A stretch of 63,977 bases of DNA, counting the filler, from Catajapyx aquilonaris (lineage: Eukaryota), in the NCBI GenBank assembly GCA_000934665.2. It is 2 parts of 2 records of this genome, joined end to end, with 100 filler letters (N's around TTAATTAATTAA, not from the genome) between each part and the next. Parts side by side here need not be neighbours in the genome. Positions count along the whole stretch, not along the records: positions 1 to 31,945 come from JYFJ02004470.1; 1 more part is not named here. One strand, given 5' to 3'. A model generated the notes under the pieces. That model was not told the DNA's origin. It made no database searches and saw only the letters and a list, made by a program, of their open reading frames with translations. The translations under genes and the position numbers were made by a program. Numbering within the stretch: the stretch's first letter is position 1; the number at the start of each line of letters is the position of its first letter. Shown here piece by piece: positions 14,059 through 26,153 of this stretch.

Positions 14059-14272
14059 CTATCGACGGAAATGGCCATGAGCGTAAAAACACTGGCTGCG
14101 ACAGTAACGTTGGCCACAAAGTTGTTGATGGTGCAGTAGGCGGCTCCGAATGGCCAATGGGAGTCCAGCATGAATATAAAGTTGAAGACGCAGTTGAGCA
14201 GCGCCATTGTCAGGTCAGCTACACTCAGGTTCACCAGGAAGTAGTTGGTCACTGTCCGCATCCTCTTGTGAG
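14059..14272 (-). CDS. TkR86C: Tachykinin/natalisin receptor TkR86C-like GPCR, coding exon 2 (TM2-TM3)
   Basis: Encodes (A)HKRMRTVTNYFLVNLSVADLTMALLNCVFNFIFMLDSHWPFGAAYCTINNFVANVTVAASVFTLMAISVDR. The NCVFNFIFML..WPFG..YCTINNFVANVTV stretch matches the TkR86C/natalisin receptor clade as I recall it. Poly-C tract + CAG acceptor, AG|GTAAGT donor. Confidence 0.93.
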
Positions 14273-17200
14273 CTGGGGGGGGGGGGNGGGGGGGATTTCA
14301 TATGAACTTTACATATGTACAGGATGTTCCAAACTAAAGCAATTTCAAACTAAGCGCCGAAACTTTCATATTATGAAAATGAGCAGATTGTACTTGTTTT
14401 GTCAATGTCGCAAAGAATATTGCGGTAACATCTTGTGTATTACAAAATCCGGTTGAGCAGCTCAGCATCAGACGAGAACTGTTTCAGAAACTAATTAATG
14501 TTATGTCCCGCCGAGGGCAAATGGGGTTTCTAGGCATCTACATAATTCATTACAGTGAGCACATGTCACCCTTTCACCTTGGGGACAGTCGACTCAAGAT
14601 CATGCAGTGGCCGATGGAAGGTAATCATCCGCTGAACCACGAGTCAAATCCGCAAGGCTAAGCTAGATATAATCAGCTTGAATATACTGTACAGTATGTG
14701 TAATTTCGCCAAATAATTAATGTAAAAGAAAATCCGTTAGGTGGCACATTTAACCAGCGCCATCTAGGAACCGACTTAAGCAAAGTGCCGTTACACATTT
14801 CCCCCTTAAGCTTTCAGCTGCATGTCCCGGGTTTCTAAGTAACTGATCCTTAATTCATGGCGTGTCATCGACCGGATTTTACGACCTGTATTTACGTGAT
14901 TGGTTGCTTAATTTTTAAAGCAATAAACTGGATAATTATCAATCCATAATCGGCTCTCTGACGAACCTTCAACGCCAATTTGTCAGCAGATCTGGCGCAA
15001 ATTGGAAAACTGCACTCAACTCATATTGCTTCGTACTGTACATCACAACGCAGGGTACATGTACAGTACAATATTGGAATGAAGTTCACCTAGGCTAAAC
15101 CGGATTGGAAACTTAAAGTTTTCTCTCAACCGTAACACTTGGGGAGGAGTCTTTTCCAGCAAGTTCGGGCCATTTAATGGCGGGGATGTCCTAACACTCA
15201 TTTCCTATGCAGAGTACTCGAGTCTAGGACAGTGCTCAAATCCTGGTTGTACAACTGTACTAAAACAAGATTCTTCAATAAAATCAGTTCGTGATTGCAC
15301 CAGAAGAGTATTGTAACATATATATTAGATTATTACAATAATATAAAAATATAGCCACACTGCCATCTTGTGACAGCTAGTGGCTATTAATTATGCAAAG
15401 CGTTGGGTTGCATCATGTCAGGATGAAACAAGTTGGAGATGGTAGGGTACCAGAATAAAATCAACCTGTAGGCCTACAAATGTGTATCATGCAGTGTCAG
15501 TTACAGAACTTCTCTCTTAAATTTAAAGGGGATGTACAGATTTAAAAGTCTCATTAATTTTTGGCAATCACACTAACGCGCCGCACATTTTGTGCAAGTT
15601 TGTAGCAGTGCTATTTTTTTTACGTCCCTGGTTGGAATTTTGCTCTTAAGCTCTTTAATTGCCGTGGGGATTAATCCTGGAATGTATATTAGTCCCCAAT
15701 GGGCAAAAACCTGACGAGGGCTTGATTTCTGACCGGTCTTCTTTGCAACTGCAGTTTGCAAATTTTCGCAAAATTTGCATTACACGTCATTCGTTCCCAT
15801 TAATAATAATAATAATAAACCATCTTGGCCAAAATCGCTGCAATTTATGACTCCTTCATTGTTTGATGTTCCTCTGCAGAATTCTGGGAACAAGCTCGAA
15901 TGATTCGTTGATTTTTTTTTTCTCGAAATGTAATGAAATTGCGAGCCAGTAAAAAATCAGTCGCAGAAACTAGGAGGCTGAACTTTATGCAAATTAGGAC
16001 GTTAAATGCGGGAAATATCTGCAGTTTACAGCCACTCTGAAATATTTATTTGCACTATTCTGGACGCGATGACACGTCCTTGATGCCCCTGAAATATTTA
16101 AGCGAATTCTGTCCCAACGTGAGTGCTGCATTTAATTTTATTTTCCAGGTTTCATAATGTAATCAACGTGGTTTTATCTAGTACGCAGTGTAGGTCAGCA
16201 TTATGTGTTTTAGTATTCAGAGAACGTGCACTACATAGTAAAAATTCAGTGCTAAAACAGATGTGAATATTAGAACTGGTGTAGGTATATATTTACAGTG
16301 AAAAATAAAATTATTTTTATTACAAATTTTTCTCATATTTTTTGTCAGGTATGCGCATTTTAGTCCATTAAGCACGAACTACGCGGAGGAAAAATCCGGA
16401 TAAGTTCTAGGCTAGAAAATCCCGGATAGTCAGTGAGCCGTGATCTATGAAGCTGGGTAATATCTCCTTCCCACGCTTTCATACCCGACCGGATTTAGTT
16501 CCAACCGGTTGCACATTTCTTCGCCCAACCACTCCGCAGAGCAAACTATTCCGTTGGCTCCCAAATATTCACCCCTCAAAAAATCTGAATATTCAATGAC
16601 TACCGTCAAAAGTGGATCTGCTCGCAATAATCCACAAAAAAATATGCCAATATAGGAAGTGGGCGACACGAAATTTGCAAATAAGTGCGTTTGGCGCAGG
16701 CAATTTGCAAAATTATGTTTTCTTTCTGTTTGTTTGCAGGCGGTTATATGCACAGCTGGTTTTAGCTGTAGGATAGAATTCTGCAGCAAGTTGGAAAAAA
16801 ATGCTAACCATTTTGCAGGGTTGTGGCTTCAATTTTGGCAATATGGCCTAATGGCAAGGGTGTGAAATGGACCGCCCCAAAATTGACCGTTTGGGCCTTG
16901 AATGGTTCCCATAATCCCATTTCAAGGAGCCCCGTGCAGTTTACAAGCACCTTGTTCAGAACGTGCCAATAGCTAATATATTTTCGCACTATTATAACTG
17001 ATTTCACCAAAAAAAGCAATGGGCCATGAAATGTTATCCTAACTGTACTTGTTCGCATGGTTGCCTAATTTCCAGGGTAAATTAAAATATTGTCCTTTTT
17101 TCGCAACTTTTTTTTTGAATCGATTACATTATTATTGAAACTGTTTAGAAGATTTTGTGTATTTGAATTTGAATCACTCAAGTATATGTCCTACTAAAAT

Positions 17201-20200
17201 GTACCCTTTCGTTCAGGTAGTGCAAAAGCTCTTCCGTTGCCCACAATTATGACATTTTAATCCCCAAGCAAACGAATTAGCAACACGTGCTTAAAGCACC
17301 TCATTTGGAGGGGGTGTTGACACAGGTTGAAAATCGTCCCACGCATTGTTGCCGCCTACTAATCTTTTCAAATGGCCCAGCTTTACAAGCAAGGTCTGGT
17401 CTCTTGGGTACTTCAAAAAACGTGTGTACATGCGATAATCCCTATGCAGTGTATATGGTGGACACAACCTTTGACTTTTAATCGCCAATAATCAATTTTT
17501 TTGACATATTCAATGATCGCATGTACTGAATTATGCTATAAGTCAAACATTAAGTTCAGTTCCATTTTTTAAAAATCTGAGCCAGTCATTAAAGAACTGA
17601 TTGGCCTCCATTGGTTCGTGGCTGATGCAATTACTATCCGCCCATAAATCCCGATTATGATTTCATCCGATTTCCCGGTCGCGACACTTTTGGCTTCTGA
17701 TATATCCCCCGGGATTGTACAAAAAGGAACAAAAGGAAGTCGTTTGGCTCGTGACCCAGCCAGGCTGCACTTCCCATTAGGACAAGTTTTTGTGTGTAGC
17801 CCAGGGAGTGAATAATACATTTTTGTGGAACCTCCCCACACACTTTTTCACTGTAAAGAGCGTGCAATCGCATTAGATTCGCACTGATGCGATTGCCAGG
17901 AATTTTTTTCGCACAGGGTGTGCTGTGGCATGGGACATTTTGGGCCTGGGAATATATTTTTTAAACTCATGAAGGCATTAGTAATTGTTTGCTGAATTAA
18001 TTACTTGTTTCAGAAATGGCATTACCATGTTTTGAAACCAGTTTCATATTTGTTAAATGGTTCTGGAGTGTCAGTAGCATTGTTGCTGCAATAATTGAAT
18101 TTTGCTGAATTTTCTCTGAATGTTATGTACATTGGGTTGATATTTTTGAGTGATCTTTGCTTTATTTAAACATGTGAAAAGTGGTCGATCCATCCGGTTC
18201 AATGCTGTTGAAATTGTCTCAAAATTTTCGCTCGCAAAATTATTTCTGCGCGACTGTACTGTTCAGCAGATCACTAATTTACGTACCAACCTAAATTTTG
18301 ATTAATTTCTGCAAGCAGAATTTAACTACACGAGTTTTGACACAAAGAGAGCAAATTAGTTCATCCCTGTGCGTCGCAGTTGTATTAGCCAGAGTGGGCC
18401 ATACATATAAAGGGCGACGCCATTTTTAGTCCCGCTGCGAAATGACGGGCGGACGTCTGGCCCAACTTATTATTGCATTTACCCCGGACAAACGCAGCTT
18501 GCAGATGAAATAATTGTGCACTTCATCATGCCGTTTGTGTCCCAAAACGTACCAAATGAGATTCGGTTGCGGGGAAGGAAAAGGAACAGGCTGCGATATC
18601 TATATCCTTCGAATAGATTACAGCCCATGGAGATAATTACTACAAACTGCCTTCCTTGTCGTTGTTTATATGAGGAATGAGAATGCGGATGATAGTGCTT
18701 GACTAATGGCTTTAAGTAGCTGGGCTTAATGATTGTCGAATTAGCGGATCCGATGAATTGTTGGGCTGGAGTGATTTTAGGGGGTTTCTTGGAAACTTTG
18801 TGAGTGTTTCAAGGAGAGGCGCCTATTACAGATGTTAGTTATGGGCCGGAACTGAATGGTTTTGGAGGTTCAGATGGTTTCATAAAGCGATGGGAAGCAA
18901 ATGATCTGCTGCTTTTATGGGCGAGTAAAATCTTCCCTCCGTACCTGTATTTTATTTAACGACGATGGTGTCAAAGGAGGATTTTATTTATGCGAAATTT
19001 ACTGGAATATATTGATCGACACCCTTTCGCAAAATAAGTGTATGCGGTGCATCTTATTTCTTAGCGGAAAAATACCTTGTTCTGCATATGTCCCTATGAC
19101 GTATGGGAGTAGATTTCATGAATTTTAAACCAAAAAAAAAACATGTAGAAGAAAAACGTTCGCTATTCACATTTTGCTATTGTATTGTGCTTCTTTCAGG
19201 CTGCAAAATTATGTAGTCCTTTTATATACAAGGATGTTTGGATTGCTCATTAGTCATTACAATATTAATAGTAGGCTACAATAACTTCATTACCTTTAAT
19301 GTGCACGAATGGGCCACAGGGCCAGGTGCATCCTTTATGGTGCAGTTTGTAAAATCAGCACTAATTAGTATTACTACTGTCTGTATGAGTTAGATGCAGT
19401 GCAAATGTTGCAGTGTGAGTTATTTTTACACTACTATTGTTTTCACATCATGGCTTGTCATTGGCTAATGAAGAGTCGGAGTAGACTACAGTGGCTGTCA
19501 CACGTGTACATTGGTTGCAAGTGCATGTTAAATGCGACAAGTAGTGTTCCTGACAGTAAATAAAGTGTCATGTAATTATAGCCACGTTGATTTGGAATAC
19601 TGGTCCAATAATCGAGCTAGAAATTGACTACAGCATTGGAAGGAGTCGTTGAACTGTGCTGTTATATTGTTACGGTGATATTGTTACGATGATAACGACA
19701 TATTGTTGTAAAACATGTATGCTCCTAACCGTTAAGATTCCTGACAAGTCCTGAACATTGACACAATTGGGCCAATAGTGAAAAAAGACTGTGAGATTTC
19801 ATTTCCAAAAAAATAAATGTAAATGTCCTTTAAAGAAATATTTTTAAAAAAATATAGCTATTACCTCGGGTGTTCCCACAAAAATAACGGCCGAGATCGT
19901 CGACTTATATTTCACCTTTTTTATAAATTATAAAAATGCTGTATCTACAGCTGTATATACACCCACAGAGTCTACTTCTTGACCTTGACGAACTAAGTAT
20001 GGCACAGGGTGTAGAACCGAACCAAGTGGCTAGCACACTTCGCAATATAAAATATGTATGTAATGCTTCAAATCGCTTCCAATGCAATGAAACAAGAAAT
20101 GTGTAAATTCAGAGTATACTCGAGACCTATCCGAATGCTTACAGCTGACAATAAGTAGTGTACAGTTATGAGTGCATTCGAAACTTGGTATAGATTGTCC

Positions 20201-21641
20201 AAAACATTCAAAATAATAGGTTATTAAAATCATGTCTTTGAACATCTGACCCCGCCTAGGGGCGCCTGTGGACGGATAGTGTCCACAGACGTGACGCACT
20301 GATCTCGACACTTCACTAAATCTGACGTTTAGAGCAGTATTACATCCCCTCAAGCAACCAACTCAACAGGTTTTTGATTCAGCTTCTCAATATGGCTGCA
20401 TCAGCAAAAAGCTGGCGAGCAAAAAGACAAAAATTCTGCCCATTGCTGCTTCCTGGATGATTTTATAACAGCTCTTGTTTTTGTCCACGGACGTGACGAG
20501 AAACCTCGGGGCAAAATTATTCTTGCAATAAAATCGATGCAATTGGGAACTTCAGGACAAAGAATGCACTGTAGCCGTTACCTTCAGTATTCCTTTCTCC
20601 ATTACTCTAACATAAAAAGTGAAATAACATCTTATGCATTGCATAGAAATTGACAAAACTATACGAAAGTGAAGGTTGGGACAGTCCACGGACGTGGCAT
20701 GTCACGCTCTGGGACCTAAAGAAAATATGAAATAATTTTCTCATTGCATATTAATTGTTATGTGCTCCGTATTCCGCAAGTTGCAATGTTATTTCTTTGC
20801 ATGTTATCTGGTTTTCAGATGTTATATGAAGTCCAGAAATTAGCTGGGACATGAAATTGCAGGTTTTTTCACTATTTACTCAATTACGTTTGAAATCACA
20901 ATTATTTCATGTGGATAAAATGCTGCTTACTTAATATTCATTTCATTAATTTCAGTTCTGTAAGCTTGATGGACTAGTTGATATGGTAATTTTAAATATC
21001 GGAAGAAGTCGAGTGAAATGCTTCTAAGAATACGTAATTCAGACCAGTGTAATTCCCGCACTAATCAATGATGCAACGTTGCATGACTTGAACTTAATTC
21101 GGGATTTAAATCGTCGCATTTTAGATTACGCCAAGATTTATTGCACACCACCGAATAGTTCCCTTATTACAGGGCTACATCTTGAGACTACTTTATTCTC
21201 ACTAAGCGCCTTCTTGAGAAGAAGAAAAAAAAACTGCATTAATTGCTATTCCGAAGGGAAATAGTAAAACCCTGAATTTGCATATGATGCATGAGTATGT
21301 CAGGCCGCAATTCAAAACTGCCAATAACATTCGCAAAAAAAATGTTATGAAGTAGGCTATTATATAGTTACCCTCAAAATGTTTGTAATAAATAAATTAA
21401 GCTCAGGAGTAAAAATGCAAATGATTGGTTGTATGTTCAAAATAATTTATATAACTTTGCACAAAAGTTCAGCCAAGTTTAAGCATGGATTGAGGTACAA
21501 CTCTGTAGTTAGTAGAGTAAAACAAAGAGACAGAGTAAGTGCTGGATTATTATGCGTCACCAGAAATCCCATCCAAGGCCTCTTATGCGACTGATTGGTT
21601 CCAATTGATCCCAATCAGATCCAGGAAGAGTCCGCACTCAC

Positions 21642-21999
21642 CTAGCACGATCCACATCACAATCGCGTTTCCTCCGACCGCGACCAACAACATGGCACCA
21701 AACACCGTGGTCCAAACCAGCTTCTGCCACCATGGCAGATCGTACGGCCTGTGTGTCGGGTAGAGACAGTCCTGCAGTCTGATCTGCAATCCCGACTGTT
21801 CCTCCGAAGGCACCAGTTCATTCTGGCTGTAAAAGAGGTAGTAAACCAGGTCCACCAACTGGGTCCGGTTCAAGAGCCATACTTCAGGACCGGTCAAATT
21901 GGCCCGAGTTAGACTAGGAGACACTGAGATCACTCTGGAGGTGCAATTGTACAGGGTGTCCTCCGATGCCCAACGCTGTTCGTCTGTCGCGTTTGCCAT
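21642..21999 (-). CDS. TkR86C: Tachykinin/natalisin receptor TkR86C-like GPCR, coding exon 1 (N-terminus and TM1)
   Basis: MANATDEQRW...RPYDLPWWQKLVWTTVFGAMLLVAVGGNAIVMWIVL, with N-glycosylation sequons (NAT, NCT, NLT, NRT) and the TM1 GN motif. Donor G|GTGAGT is phase 1, compatible with exon 2. Confidence 0.9.
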
Positions 22000-23542
22000 T
22001 GCCACTTCACACTGACACACAGCACTTGGGGGGTTTGAACCGAACCGGAGGATACACGGAGGGTGACTAAAGCGGGTTTGGGGGGTGGTTTTTGGAGGAT
22101 GGTCGCCGCCTGCGCTCACCTCGAGCGAATCGAGGCGCTCCGGACAGAGTTGAATGCTTGGCGGCACAACTTGTGTGTGGGTGGCACCCAAGTGAGCGTC
22201 GTTTTGTGGACGACAATGCGTCGGATGACATGTGTTCGAGTACTGTGGAAATGGAGCCAATATGGATGGAGGGAGCAAAAAATTGGTAGGAATAAGTGCC
22301 CTCTGTGGGTGGCGTCACTGAATGAACATTATTGCTCGTAGTCCATGGGATTGTACGAACAACAGGCGTTTTCGAGTTACTTTGGCAATAAGTAAGGCCA
22401 TTACTGGCAATTTGTCATTCATGACAGATTCATGAAGCGTGCGTTGGATCTGAAAGGGACGTCGAGACACAAATATGATTCCGAATCTAGTCCAAGTTAT
22501 AAAGTGAATTTTATATCAGGTGACGCGTAAGCTGTAAAGAATTGAATGTAACTTGTTTACTCTCGAATGGAAACAGGAGACGTGAATGGGCGGGAAAAAA
22601 AACTGAATAAGACTCGACGCTATTCCTGATGTCATTGTATGTCGGAAGCCCCTTCTTATGTCGTAACAGGAGGTGATCAATATTTCTAAGAGAGCTACTA
22701 ACTTGTACATGTTTAACATGTTACAAAGTGAGGATGATAATGCCTGCATGAGTTATTATCATCATGAAATATTAAAGGCACAGAGAGCGATTAGCGTACT
22801 GCGATATAATTTTTTACTAATTTAATTAAGACCGAAAATTAGTCGGTACTCTTAATGTGCAAAGTAACTAACATGTTTAATCACTTGCAGTAAATTATTT
22901 AGTGTTTCACTAAATGTTCAACGTGCATAGATCGTATATCACCGTTAGTTTGAAGGTTCGCCTAGATGTCACTATCTCTTCGTGGGTGTTGAATCTATGG
23001 AGGATACAGTAGTTGCAATTTACACCGCGAGATGCCCCTCACGAATCATAATCGATCGCTGTTATTCTGCCCTTACTAAATAACGTTGGAAATATCACGT
23101 TAGCGAAAGTTGCTCAAGGGTCTACAAGCAATAATTTTAATGATACTATTAGCGTAACTTTGAAGTTAGATTTTCCGAACCTTCCAGAATGATCTATGCA
23201 TAAATAATTTTAAAAATAGGAGCTACGGAATGAATCAACAGGTGAAACAGTTTAACCTGATGGCTACCTGTTGCGATGCCCTGATTTGACTATACATTTA
23301 CAGGTTCGCAATAATACGCCCGATAGAGGCAAATATTTACCTTACATTCATTAACTGTTGCAACTGATAAACTGGAGTGCAATAGTAGGTAATTATATAT
23401 TAATAAAAGCTATGTGAAATGGGGCCAATGAATATTAATTTCACGACGTGTTTGTTTATCAGCCGGTATTTATTTGTTAACATCATAACTACTGTGTTTT
23501 GCACAAAACTTCCCTTTCACTATAACTTTAAAGCTCAGCAAA

Positions 23543-26153
23543 TTAAAATACGGACAGGCTTTTGAAAATTAAGTTTTCTTGCGCAAATCTGTCTTTTAGA
23601 TCTTGAGCTACCTTTGCATCAGCATGTTTTCTGAAAAGTCAACAATTACATTTTGTCAGCTTCTTTCAAGTAGTAATGACCTAAATGGTGGTACTTACGC
23701 CATGATGACGTTATTGTCAATGATTTCATTAGCGTCAGTGTTTATGAAGAACAAAAGCCCACTTGCACGTGGAGCCGCTTTTGGTTTACGCTGACGGACC
23801 ACGCAGGTGTGTTGAAACACCTCGGAAAGTATGTCGGTCACCTAAAATGTCACATGCGTAATGTTAATATGTATTTTAGATTCTTCGTTAATTTTTTAAA
23901 AACCTTGTCCATTTTTTGGATGCTGCAGTTGATAGTTTCTGGAGGCACCACGTAGCACAACTGCAGCACATTTTCCCTTTCGTACTTGAATACCTTCACT
24001 GTTGTTAAGTTACTGGCATGGCCAACTGCAAAATAGTTGTAGGCATTGTTACTGCTCACTTTACTGGTTGGCAAATCGTACCTTTGTCGTAGGCTACTAC
24101 CCGGAAGGAGTAGTACTGGTAGTCACGAAGCCACCACCATTCGTTGTCGACGTTGACAACACCGATGTTGTCACGAGACAGCATTGTGAAGCGATTTTGC
24201 TTCGTCCATGTGTGCTACAGGTAAAAAAATAACTTGTTGCCAAATTTTGCCCGAGTGAAATTATTCTGCTTAAAATTTCAGATTTCCTAATCATAAATTT
24301 TGACTAGGGCTGATGTAATATGCCCCCTAATTATGGCCACAATGCTAATTGCGCTAATTGTTACTCACATCTAAGAGTTGATAACAGTAAAGGTGTCTTC
24401 CGGGAATATGACTGCTATTAGTAGTCCAATTAGGTGTCGCAAGATGCAATATGGCCGTTTTTACAAGCGAGGAAAATATATCTGCATACTGTCAAAAATA
24501 GTATTTTTTAAAATAAAAAAACGGTGCATTTTGCCTACTGATTCGCCTGATTCGAATTTTTTAAAATACCTGGACAACTTTGACCGACAGGGTCGTCGCA
24601 CCATGATATTTGACCTCATTGTTGTATATTTCGTAGGTGATGACCTCGTCCAAATCCAAATCATGCGCCTGAAAGAATAAGTCCTTAGTATTGTTGGCCA
24701 AAATTAATGAACAATTATGGCATTACTTGAATGACAATCTCGTCTTCGTACGAATCGTCATTGCTGTAGTATGATGCTCCGTAGTAATTTCTTGTGAAGT
24801 ACGGAATTTCGTCATTATCGTCCGTTACCTAAAAGTAAAATTTGAGTTCCATGGCCGCCATGACAGTTTAGGGCAACGTTTCATTCTATGGCTTTATAGT
24901 TTGGTTCGACATGTAATTACCGTGACGTTAGCAATGAGGAAGGATCTATTTTCGGGCATGAACGGCGTCTTGACTTTGCACGCACCGTCTTCGTTGTAGC
25001 TAGGACAGTTCTTGCTGGCCGATATGATCACCTGGTACCGATCCTTGGTTTCGCGATCGAAAAGATGCTTGTTGCTCAGCGTATCGCCGGATAAAATGAA
25101 ATTGTCCACATCTCCCTCTGAAACCACATAATGTAGCGTACAACCCGTAATTGAAATTGTATGGGCAAGTGTTTACCTGCCATGCAGTAACATATTTCCC
25201 CACCAGAGTTGGTACCGTCTACTGCTTGGTGTATAGGCGAACTGTTGTAATGATTTTCTGCAAATTAGTTATGGGTAATATTTTGCTAAAAGAATTTTGA
25301 GCCAAAATATTAATAACCTAATATTAGAAAATAATGTAACCTGTTATTTTCATGATCCAAGTGTTGAACTGCAGCTTTTCGTGAGGGTTTTCAGGCCGCT
25401 GACCATTCTGAAATTAATATGACGTAATCGTAATTATGACACACACTGTCATCAATGAACGTACCACAGCTTCCGGACTGGTGACCGACGTGTTATCTTC
25501 AATCCTTCGCTTTATCTGAAAGATGACGACCTTCTCAGCGTTCTTCCCTAGTTTCAATGTCATCATAAACGATTTGTCCTTCTGAGCAGAGTAATCCAGA
25601 GCCTCGTTGAGGACCAGCGTCCCGTTGTCAACAACCATGAAAGTGGTCGTGGGCAGCATGTCGCCATTGGGCGTACCAATTATGGTCTTAATGTGTGGTA
25701 TGACACTTCCTGAAAAATGGGTTGTCGGTTGGTGTCGTTGGGATCCCAACGACATCGACGTCCATGTGAACCTGACCTGTGAACATAAGGGCTGCCACCG
25801 ACACGTTCTCCAGTCCTTCCGGTATTTGCAGTATACCATGGTCAACATGTACCACAAGGGGTGCGTACGGAGACGGCAAGAGGCACGGGTACTTCCATGC
25901 AGCTGGAGTTAATGCAACGTATTGAAAGCGACTCATAGCCAGTTGCACCGCTTCCAGAAAACCTTTTTCGACTGGAAAAATCCAATTGTTTTCACCTCAC
26001 TTTTCCAGCCGAAATTATGTTTTTTTTCCTGGCAGTTGGTGCAACCGGTTAAAGGCCGCGTTATTTAAAAAATGACTGACCTTCCCCTATGGCTATTCCA
26101 GAACCCAGGAATATGCAAATGATGAGACACTTGAAACCACTGCTTCCAGCCAT
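23543..26153 (-). CDS. Divergent cadherin-repeat protein, ~531 aa, signal peptide, no visible TM (13 exons)
   Basis: Exons: 26153-26081, 25902-25777, 25709-25465, 25407-25341, 25257-25177, 25117-24921, 24828-24727, 24668-24570, 24488-24369, 24214-24082, 24025-23904, 23841-23699, 23630-23543. All are GT-AG with continuous phase (1596 nt), though two donors are weak (GTTACA, GTTTTT). Signal peptide MAGSSGFKCLIICIFLGSGIAIG. Cadherin motifs: IPE, LVLNEALDY, ITEN, FDRETKDRY, VTDDNDEIPYF, AHDLD, YSFRVVAYD. AATAAA about 70 nt after the stop. Confidence 0.78.

Noticed and set aside
22000..22278. 93-codon N-terminal extension of the GPCR in the ORF track
   Set aside because: It begins at a non-ATG codon; the first in-frame ATG is at 21999, followed by typical glycosylation sequons.
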